Source: Vicugna vicugna
Taxonomy: Eukaryota
DNA length: 64,000 bases
Assembly: GCA_013265495.1 (NCBI GenBank)
Contig: MU057941.1
Coordinates: 62,001-126,000 of the forward strand
Direction: 5' to 3'
The notes under the pieces were generated by a model. It did no database searches. It saw nothing but the letters and a program-made list of their open reading frames with translations, and was not told where the DNA came from. Positions 51,964 through 64,000 of the stretch are shown piece after piece (positions within the stretch are counted from its first letter, which is position 1; the number at the start of each line of letters is the position of its first letter). Made by a program: the position numbers and the translations under genes.

Positions 51964-52107
51964 ACTCTGACAGTGAAAGATGACCAAATCTACCCCATGA
52001 ACCCTCCTAAATTTGACAAGATCGAGGACATGGCCATGATGACCCACCTGCACGAGCCAGGAGTGCTGTACAACCTCAAAGAGCGTTACGCAGCCTGGAT
52101 GATCTAC
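51964..52107 (+). CDS. MYH2: MYH2 exon 4
   Basis: 144 nt, [23 protein letters not shown]...AAWMIY; AG/GT bounded. Confidence 0.95.
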
Positions 52108-53454
52108 GTGAGCGCCCCTCCCCCTCAAAGTGGTCTTTATCACTGGACCCTGTCAGCCCACTATAGCATAAGTGGGTCACAAGTAGTGACCCGTCACTTT
52201 CTCCAGTAGTGTAACTAGTTAAAAGGTTCACAATTGCTACTATAAGCCACAACCCAGCAGCTGGCCCTTCATCCTTTGTCTTCTCATCCAAAGCCAGGAA
52301 AGGCCACTGTCTCTGGGCTAAGTTTGCCACAGATCCCTTGCACAAACATTAGGGCAGCTACTGCTCATACCTCAACCACAGGCCAACCTTTCCCCTTCCC
52401 CATTCTTGCTGCAGAATCATCCAGAGGGAAAATTAAAACTTACATTTTTAACATTTAAAAATAATGTTTTTAAAGAACAAATTTCACCCATTTTTCACTC
52501 CTCCAAAATCACAGCAATTTTTCTCTCTGTGTTCTGGTCCCTTCTATGTGGAATGCCTCTCTGATGAAACCTCTCCAGCTTCTCCTGGCAGAGCTGGATG
52601 TTCTGCCCCGTTGTTTCTGTTCCTGCGTTAATACCGACGGTGTTTTTCCACCATCAATCATTTCCATGTCTGTCTCCTGCATAGACTGGGAGTTTCTCAT
52701 CTCATGATGTGCTAGAGATAGTACAAACTCAGTGATATTTTCTAAGTGAATTTATTATGCTATGTTGACGTTTTTGCATGGTTTAGCCACTGGTGATATT
52801 CAGCTGGACAACACTACACAAGTGTACCTGGTGTTGAGAGACAGTGTCCATAATGATTCGCTGGTACCTATCCTAGACCAGCTGTCAAAGATTTTGGAAA
52901 TCCCTCTACTGTAATCATAATGTAGTGACATCACTTTGCGTTCTGCTTCTTTATAACTCAGGGGTATTTTACAAGTATTTCCGCAGTACTGCTGCATACC
53001 TTCATGTTTACTTTTGTAAATGTCTGCATCATACTGTCTTCAGAAGATTTTCCATAGTTCACCTAACTATTCCATACTGTTGAGTACTTAGCAACCAAAT
53101 TTATGCTTTCATGAATCTGAACTCTCTTAATGCTACAAAAGAAATACATGCCTATTTTCTAAAATACAATAAAAACATCTCACACTACATTAAAAGGAAC
53201 ACTACTTTGGAGCTCCTGCTAAGTGAAAATCATTGTGACAAATCCCAAGAGGAGTAACAAGAGGTCTAAGCTGTAGGCCCTTCCCTCAAGGACTTTGCCC
53301 TCTTGTTGAACATTTGAACTAGTTTTCATGCTGATGCCCTGTAGAAATGTAGAGTACTTACTTAAAAGGGCTCCTTTTAGTTAAAATTCATTTAATAAGT
53401 GAATTGCACAAATAACAGTGTTTGGGTGGTTATTCTTTCTTATTCCTTGCGTAG

Positions 53455-53625
<171 letters not shown>

Positions 53626-54346
53626 TAGAACAGAACCATAGGAGAAAGAGACTCTAACCATCTCAACACACCCTCTGGGATGCTCCCCTAAATGCTATTG
53701 CCCTTTGCCCAGAACCAGCCTAAACACACTCCAGATTTTAAGGTGTATCTGGTATTAAAACAGTTACACCACGAATCTTCTTCCTAGAATACTGTCCCAG
53801 CTAGGCCAGTCTAAGGTACAATGGCACCAGGGGAAATGGCTTAGAAATTTCCTCTTCAGAGAGAGTAAAAATGAAGTTTGATATTTCCTTAAATACATGA
53901 CTAAGGCCATGATTAGTTCCAAAGCTACTGCCTTTACTATATTTATTCTTTCTCACACATGAAAATAACTCTAATGCATATTTTTCATTATTTCTTGTAC
54001 CTACAATAAACATGTCACTAACTTGTCATCTAAACCCATCGGAAAAACCGAGGTCCACTTTTGAAATTTATTTAGTGGTAGTGTATAAAAAGGGAAAGTC
54101 TGGTGCTTCCTTGCAGGGTTCTGTTTAAATGGCTGCATGTGTGTGGAAGTGCAGTGGGGGGAGCTGCAGGGAGCAGACAGATGGGTACTGGAAAGGGTGG
54201 AGGGCTAGGGCCCACCAAGCCTTAGGGATTGCTGAAAATAGTAAGTCTGAAAAATACCAAGTCTTTCATGTCATTATATTTTATAAGTTACTATTTACAA
54301 ATATATTAGAACATAGTCTTAAATACCTACGACTTCTCTTTTGTAG

Positions 54347-54374
54347 ACCGAGAGAATCAGTCAATCCTGATCAC
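54347..54374 (+). CDS. MYH2: MYH2 exon 6
   Basis: 28-nt exon, (D)RENQSILI(T); ttgtAG / GTAAGT. Confidence 0.93.
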
Positions 54375-54382
54375 GTAAGTAG

Positions 54383-54601
<219 letters not shown>

Positions 54602-54633
54602 TGACTGGCCTGTCCCGTAAGAAGTTTCCTTGA

Positions 54634-54720
54634 CGGGGGAGGGGAGGGCTCAGTGGTGGAGCACATGCTTAGCATACACAAGGTCCTGGGTTCAATCCCC
54701 AGAACCTCCATTAAAAAAAA
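54634..54720 (+). mobile_element. tRNA-derived SINE (camelid Vic-1-like) in MYH2 intron 7
   Basis: A-box-like gctcagtggtggagc, B box GGTTCAATCC (54689-54698), poly-A tail, and an exact 12-bp TSD AAGTTTCCTTGA (54622-54633 and 54721-54732). Confidence 0.9.
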
Positions 54721-54766
54721 AAGTTTCCTTGAGCCCCACACATGAGGACTGCTCTTGCCTTTGCAG

Positions 54767-54859
54767 GGGACTCTGGAAGATCAAATCATCAGTGCCAACC
54801 CCCTACTGGAGGCCTTTGGCAACGCCAAGACCGTGAGGAATGACAACTCCTCTCGCTTT
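54767..54859 (+). CDS. MYH2: MYH2 exon 8 (switch I)
   Basis: 93 nt, [31 protein letters not shown]. Confidence 0.95.
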
Positions 54860-55161
54860 GTAAGTTTCTTGGATACTATTATGGACGATGTTCACTGGTC
54901 AAAGTTCCCTGAATCTTTTTCGATCACATTATAATAACCATGGTTTTTCCTTTTCCTCTGAGAATGTAGTGACATGGATCCAAGTCCTGTCTAAAAAGAT
55001 ACGTGACTTTATATCTGAGTTCTTATCTTTCATTACCTACAATTATTCACAATTTTAAAATTAAAGAGAAAATTATTTTACCTACAAAATAGGAGATACA
55101 CCTTTTCTCCCTGGTACAAATAGTCTTTGAATTGATTTAATGTTAAAACATCAGCATTTCA

Positions 55162-55445
<284 letters not shown>

Positions 55446-55448
55446 TGA

Positions 55449-55778
<330 letters not shown>

Positions 55779-55953
55779 TGACTATAGACGTTCAAAAGGA
55801 AAACTGAAATAACATCTCCAAATCCTATCACTATGAAACAACCACTATGAACACCTGGATGAGTATCATTCTAGTCATTTTCTGTACATATATCTTTACA
55901 AATAGATACAGACGTACAATAGCTGGCATTACAGCTACGTGGCTCTTCTGTAA

Positions 55954-56208
<255 letters not shown>

Positions 56209-56686
56209 TAGAACGCTTATGTTGGTGGGAGCAACGCTCCCTCTAGATACATGTTCAGTTTCCAGTAAAACTGCAAAAGATTCAAGGATGGGCACGGATG
56301 TGCCTCCTGGAGCCAACTGAAAAGATGAGGATGTGCCCCTACAGCATCTCACTTTCCCTTAACAGTCTTTTAACACTCTATCCTTTCTGAATTTACCTGA
56401 ACCATTTTTTATAATCTACATGCTTTAAATCCAAACCACCTCTGAAAATAACAAGATGCTTGACTTTCCTATCCTCATTCTCCACCTCAAGTTCATTTTT
56501 TGAATCTCCAGAGCGTATGCACCTGTAACTCTAATGCTCTGTGCTGGCCTTTGGTTGACCACCTCCCTGTACATCCAATCTAAGGAGCTCCCTGCTTTCC
56601 ACCAGTACTGGCAGTTTCCTCAGTCTGACCAACAGGTCAGGAATCTGACTGAACCACCAATAGTAAACACGTGGATAACGACCTAA

Positions 56687-56860
<174 letters not shown>

Positions 56861-57138
56861 TGAATTAGACACCTGATCTCATGTTTGTTTGAAAACCGTA
56901 TTCGTAACTTGTTATCCTGGATTCTTCCTAGGAAGACAAGTTCATTTTTAAGAATGGTGTTTTAAAGTATACCTAAATAAGATATATGCAGTGTGGGTAT
57001 TAGACAGATTTTGCTACAATTTCTGAAGTTCTTTAGGGCACACTAAACATAATCAAGTTCTTGAACTTGGTGGAAAAAATGGGCAAGAATACTCAAAAAG
57101 ATATTCTGAAAACACTGCACAAAATGCCTGGAGCTTAA

Positions 57139-57339
<201 letters not shown>

Positions 57340-57418
57340 TAATTCAAATTCACCACCAAGGATGCCAGCATTTTAAGTGCTCTGTTAACCACAAGATACA
57401 CACCTTTGGTCTTTCAAG

Positions 57419-57568
57419 GTGACCAATGCGGTGGGTGCTCTGGCCAGAGCCATCTACGAGAAGATGTTCCTGTGGATGGTCACCCGCATCAACCAGCAGC
57501 TGGACACCAAGCAGCCCCGGCAGTACTTCATCGGGGTCTTGGACATCGCTGGCTTTGAGATCTTTGAT
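57419..57568 (+). CDS. MYH2: MYH2 exon 14 (switch II)
   Basis: 150 nt, [17 protein letters not shown]...[12 protein letters not shown]. Confidence 0.95.
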
Positions 57569-58649
57569 GTGAGTTGGTGGTCACTTGGTAAGGGGTTTTT
57601 ACAATAAGGCAATGGAAATATCAATAAGAAGTATGTGAACATTATGACCTTTTCTCATCACAGTCAAAAAGTTATGCTAAAATCTAGAAGAGAATGATTG
57701 GGCAGCTACTAATCATTCACTGAAGTGGCAAGTCTACTTCTGTGAGAAATAATGAACTTCATGAGGACTAACGTGATACATGATCCAACGGGAGTTAGGA
57801 ATTCAGTCGGTGTAATGAGGGCTCTAAAAACCTCACAATGCCAAACGTAGGTAACATAAAAATATCAAAAGAAACCTGGGTAATACATAATACGCTCTGA
57901 ACATATGGTGGGAAATCGCCCAGAAATACTGAGGCAGATAGTAAGGTCAGTAATTGAGGGTCAGCATTAATAAACTCAATGCAATTAACTCTTAATCCTC
58001 ATTAATGTGATTATCATGGGATAAAAAGTCATATTTGATTATATAATACATTTTTTCCTGCTTTCAGTTTTTAAGAAGCTTATCTTTTTCTTTCTAATTA
58101 TAAAAGCAAAACTTAGGCATTGCAGAAAATATGGAAAATTAAGGGAAAATATTTCACATTAATTACACTATTTATATAGCTACCTAATGTTAACTTTTTG
58201 GTTTTTTACAAAAATATGTTTGTGTTAACATACTGTACATAATGGCATCTTGATTTCTTTCTCACTTCACATTAGAGAAGAACAAAGGTGGCAATGATTG
58301 CTCCCTTGCAATGCTGACCACTGTGACTTCGGTACAGTTTCCTCCCAGTCAGCTTCTAATGGGTTGCAAATTAGATGTTAAGTGAGTCAACAGAAAATGT
58401 AGAAGATAATGGGAATAAACAAGGAATGATTAAGCAGGAACTTAGAAAAACACCTGACTCAATTTAGGCAAGTGCGAGAAAAGAATATTAATGATTTAGG
58501 ATTTTGTATAAAATGGCAGCAGAGAACACATTAGATTTTACAGGCCCCCAGAGATTCTGATATCTGGCATCTAAAGGCTGTTCGACATACATTTTTAAAT
58601 TAAAGAGCCCTATATTTTAAAAGGCTCAATTTGTTAAAGAGAAAAGTAA

Positions 58650-58925
<276 letters not shown>

Positions 58926-58964
58926 TAAATAGAATTGTAACTCTGTGTTGTGGTCTGCTTTCAG

Positions 58965-59271
58965 CCTATGGGCATCTTCTCCATCCTGGAAGAGGAGTGC
59001 ATGTTCCCCAAGGCCACAGACATCTCCTTCAAGAACAAGCTCTATGAGCAGCATCTTGGAAAGTCTGCCAACTTCCAGAAGCCCAAGCCTGCCAAAGGCA
59101 AGCCCGAGGCCCACTTCTCCCTGATCCACTACGCGGGCGTGGTGAACTACAACATTATCGGCTGGCTGGACAAGAACAAGGACCCCCTGAACGACACCGT
59201 GGTCGGGCTGTACCAGAAGTCTGCATTGAAGACTCTGGCTCTCCTCTTCTCTGGAAGAGAAACTGAAGCAG
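58965..59271 (+). CDS. MYH2: MYH2 exon 16
   Basis: 307 nt, [17 protein letters not shown]...[12 protein letters not shown]. Confidence 0.95.
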
Positions 59272-59365
59272 GTAACTTTCAACAGAATTAACCTTTTACT
59301 CAATATAGAAAACCCAGGCAGAGAACGCCTGCACTATGATTGCTTGTGATTTCTCTTCCTCTTAG

Positions 59366-59433
59366 AGTCTGTTGGAAAGAAAGGTGGTAAGAAGAAGGGT
59401 TCTTCCTTCCAGACCGTGTCTGCTCTCTTCAGG
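59366..59433 (+). CDS. MYH2: MYH2 exon 17 (loop 2)
   Basis: 68 nt, (E)SVGKKGGKKKGSSFQTVSALFR; cttAG / GTACAA. Confidence 0.92.
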
Positions 59434-60503
59434 GTACAAACTTCATTTTTCTCTCTCTAATTAGATTCAGGAAGTTCAATTTTACCTTATTGTGTGTGGA
59501 AGGGGAAGTAATCTTGCAAGGATTCTAGAACTAGATGTGGCCCAAAGAGACAGGTCAGCAGGCTGTGGCAGAACTGAGTCTCAGGAAGGCCTGAGGTAGC
59601 TTGGAAGAGAGAGCTCAGTATACAGGAAACACAGGTGTCCGGAGGTTGGAGTCAGTGTGAGATGTATAATTGAGTACTGGGGACAGGAAATGAAGTTATT
59701 TGACAATAAATGTTCCTTTGGGAGAAGATTAAGCAAAACCTAAGATTTTCTTGAGCCTATGGGAGTGCCCAAATGAGGCAGGTGCTCAGGTGTATATTGG
59801 CATAGAACCAAAATGAGTAGCTTTTGAAAGTTGAGGATAGAAAAGCAGTGGCAGGATTTGGAGACTGATCTAAAAGAAGAAAATAAGAAACCAGATGTGC
59901 TAAGAAATAGCTCTTTAAGGAAAACTGACTCATCTTTTGACAATCCGATCTGTAATAACTGAAGTTCTAGTTATTCTGAAAAAAAAATCACGATTTCCAT
60001 TGAGTGGAAAACTTCTCACGTTTGGTAATATGGCTGTCGGTTTTCTGCCAATTCCCAGAACATGGCATTGCAGAGCCCCTTTCTATGAAACCAGCAGGAG
60101 GACCCAGCTCTGTAATTATAAGGAGTAAGCATGTAATAGAAAAGCAGGTGCAACTGAAGTTGGGTAAAGAAAGAAATGGGAGATTTGGAGGAACACTTTG
60201 AATTACTTGTAAATCAGACCGCATATCTAGGCAAAAGATCGTAAGTGACGTGTTTCCATGTGTTAAAATGTCACATACTTATAACATATGCTAGGAAATT
60301 CAATAGCAGCGAACAACCACTTTAACGGCTAGTTTATAAGGCACAAAGAGAGGAAACAGAAGGACAAGTTGGGAGTGTGGAAATTCCAGAGAAAATCCTT
60401 TGCAAATTCAACCTGGATGCTATTCATTACAATCAAACCAATGTCGTGGCTCAGGATGATTTATGTCTACAAATGTCAATGTAAGAAAACAGTGCATTTT
60501 TAA

Positions 60504-60659
<156 letters not shown>

Positions 60660-60700
60660 TAGATCATGAAATAAGACGTGGATGGTATTTCTCCTTCTAG

Positions 60701-60818
60701 GGGCCATGGAGCATGAACTGGTCCTGCACCAGCTGCGCTGTAACGGAGTGCTGGAGGGCATCCGCATCTGCAGGAAGGGCTTCCCCAGCAGGATCCTCTA
60801 TGCAGACTTCAAACAGAG
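60701..60818 (+). CDS. MYH2: MYH2 exon 19 (SH2/SH1)
   Basis: 118 nt, (G)[38 protein letters not shown]. Confidence 0.95.
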
Positions 60819-61466
60819 GTCAGACTTTCCTAATTGTGGTGCATCCTAAAATTCAGTATAAATATATTTAGTGTAAGCAAAACAACTTAGTGAAAAATAT
60901 GCTTCTATTTGTTATTTTTAAATTTCAAAAAAAGAATAAAAAATTATGTCTCAAAACACCTTTAAAATATAGATATACCACTCCACAGATATATTAAGCA
61001 CTCTGCAGACGTTTCACTGGACTTACTATGCCCCTGGCTTAGCTCATAGATGTTTACATTAACTTCAAAAATTATAAGAACAGCCATTATTGAGTGCTCA
61101 ATATGTTTGGATTATTTCATTTAATCCTTACAAAAACTCAGTAGAGATAAGTGCTATCCATAGCAAATGCATCTAGAAAGAATAATATGTTACATTTTGT
61201 TGGTCATCTACATAAATGTGAACAAGATTGAAGGATCCTTTCCTGAGAACACGGTCCGACGAGGCAGAAAGTAAAGTGGCAACTGTGCAGGGAGGTAAAA
61301 TGGAATAAAAATAGACAGTAGATACTAGATTTACTACCTATGTAGACAGTGTAGAAAGAATACTAATTACTTTAAAGCTGATTTTTTATAATGGATCATT
61401 TAATGCTTAGTGACTACCAGTGCCATCAATAAACCAAGTTTTAAAAAACTATATTTACTTTACCAG

Positions 61467-61590
61467 ATACAAGGTATTAAATGCAAGTGCCATCCCTGAA
61501 GGACAGTTCATTGACAGCAAGAAGGCTTCTGAGAAGCTCCTTGGGTCCATCGACATTGACCACACCCAGTACAAATTCGGTCACACCAAG
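61467..61590 (+). CDS. MYH2: MYH2 exon 20 (converter)
   Basis: 124 nt, [41 protein letters not shown]. Confidence 0.95.
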
Positions 61591-61681
61591 GTAATACCCG
61601 TCTCTAACGCCCTCTTGACACTGTGCCTGTCTCTCTGAAGTCTATGCAAAGTTTCTGATCTACAACTCTGCCCCCACACAG

Positions 61682-61818
61682 GTCTTTTTCAAAGCTGGTC
61701 TTCTGGGGCTCCTAGAGGAGATGCGAGATGAGAAGCTGGCCCAGCTGATGACCCGAACCCAGGCCAGGTGCAGAGGGTTCTTGGCAAGAGTGGAGTACCA
61801 GAAGATGGTGGAGAGGAG
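61682..61818 (+). CDS. MYH2: MYH2 exon 21 (IQ motif, ELC binding)
   Basis: 137 nt, [45 protein letters not shown]. Confidence 0.95.
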
Positions 61819-62849
61819 GTACAGAAACATACTGTTCAGTTATTCACATCTTCCTTCTTCAGAAGCACATTTGAGGTGGCTTGCAGTTAAGACTCAGATC
61901 TGGTAAGGCCACTGTGGTAAGAAGGAGTAAGAGTCTGATACTGAAGTGGAGACATACATGTACCAGCAAACTTGAGGTAGGAATCATCACCGTATAATAC
62001 ACTGAATGTTCAGGTAAAAGAAAAGAAAAAGAAAGAAGCATAATTTGTGTGTGGGTCTTATCTAAGAAGAGAAAACATCCCAATCAGTAAGAAAAGATAA
62101 AATGCTGCCCTAGCACTTGATTTTAATATGATTTTACTGGGTAGATCATTAAATAACATGCATTGAACTATGGCAGACAGTATTTTCAACAGTGTTTTCA
62201 CATAGGATGCAGAAACAACTTCTTCACCTGATCCTTTCTGTTACTGAATTATTATGATTTAAAGTATTAAGGAGAAAAATCTATGAAACTTTTTTTGAGT
62301 AGGTCAATACAATTTCACTGAGGCACCTAGCTTTTCAATGATCTAATTTGATGCAGGGATAGAGTTCTAAGACTAAAGAGTCAGGCATCTCAAACCACAG
62401 GATCTATATGAACAGGACCCATAGTGAGAGGTGCATTTTTAACTGCCACCTGTACATCCATGCATACATGTATGTGTGTAAGTAGATAAATAATTTACAT
62501 GAAACAGATTTTATTTCTATCACCTGTAGTTATGCTACTAGTTTCTATTGTATTCTATTTCATTAAACATAGTAAGTTTGGTCATGACCCATTGTTTATA
62601 ATGTATTTGGGCAGTTTTAATTGCCATTTTTCAGGGTAATTATTTTCTAAAAATAATTTAATTAGAACAAATGTGATGATATTACAGAGTTGAATGCAAA
62701 AATCACACATTAAGATATAAAGCCAGAGATTTTTCAGAGAAATTCTGAAGGTCTGTTTATCCCATGCCCTACATCCCTCAGGCGTCTAGTTCCCCTTCTC
62801 TGCTCTCAGTGGTGTTCACGTACGGAAGTCTGAGAAGCACTGAAGTAGA

Positions 62850-63040
62850 GCAGTACTTCTCAGAGGATGGTCCTTGGACCCACATCACCAGCATCTCTTG
62901 CAAACTGTTTAAAAATGCAAATTTTAGGTCCCACCTCATATCTTCTGAATCTGAATCTCCGGGGGTAGGGGTCCAGGAACCAGTATTTTAACAAGCCCTT
63001 CAGATGATTCTTATTCACATCAAAGTTTGAGAAGCACTGA
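62850..63040. mobile_element. MER5A-like MITE in MYH2 intron 21
   Basis: cagtacttctca...tgtttaaaaatgcaaattt...ctgaatctgaatctccgggg...aagtttgagaagcactg. Confidence 0.75.
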
Positions 63041-63216
63041 TGTAGAGAAATGAATGATTAATGAGTCCATGTCCATCATCCCCAAATACAATTTCTTTCA
63101 TCTGTGCTTTTGAAAGTAAGAGAGGAACTCATTGGTGGGGATGGGGGACAGAACCTCCAGATCTCACTGCCAAGATTGAATCTCATTTCATCACCCATAC
63201 AACATGTAATTTGTAG

Positions 63217-63603
<387 letters not shown>

Positions 63604-64000
63604 TAAAGCTCTCTGATGGTACAAATAAGGTCCATATTCCTTCAGTGCCCAATAAACCCCCCAAACCTGGACCAGGGCAGTGAGGTAGAACTGACCACTG
63701 TCTTCCATTCTATTCAACTTCAACAAACTACAGGGTTTACAACTGCCTTTCCCTTTGAAGACAGACCTTGAAAGTGATCTGAACTTGAAACTATCCCAAA
63801 TAAAATATTAAGGAGAGTACAGCATCAAGGGAGTGATTTTTCTTCTCTGAAACTTCCTCGAACTTCTAGATGCCATGGGTCTTAAATCACACTATGTAGA
63901 GCTGACAAATGACAGCACTCTACATCAAATTTTATTGATTTATTGCTTGTTACTGATCTCCCAAACTGAGATCTGCTCTTTCTAAACCATCTCCATAGTC

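Overview
This is a mammalian genomic window, most likely from a camelid, judged from two tRNA-derived SINEs resembling Vic-1. The last ~14 kb hold the 5' part of an intact fast skeletal myosin heavy chain gene on the + strand, best matching MYH2 (MyHC-IIa). It has a TATA promoter at ~49852, two non-coding exons, and coding exons 3-22 (2679 nt, 893 codons, all GT-AG, no stops), and it runs off the window end. The first ~49.5 kb have no credible protein-coding gene; by the usual cluster order this should be the MYH3-MYH2 intergenic region, although MYH3 is not visible. That region is a patchwork of old L1/L2/MIR, solo LTRs, hAT/Tigger remnants and a G-rich 43-bp minisatellite around an assembly gap. 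It also has repeat-poor islands with clustered MEF3/MEF2/E-box/CArG motifs, which are candidate modules of the fast-Myh super-enhancer. I see no evidence for a wholly new biological system. The best leads are the shortened, divergent motor loops and paralog-mosaic residues in this MYH2, the candidate enhancer or lncRNA-promoter modules, and young intronic retroinsertions. Repeat family names, repeat boundaries and ortholog comparisons are from memory and by eye, so they are approximate.
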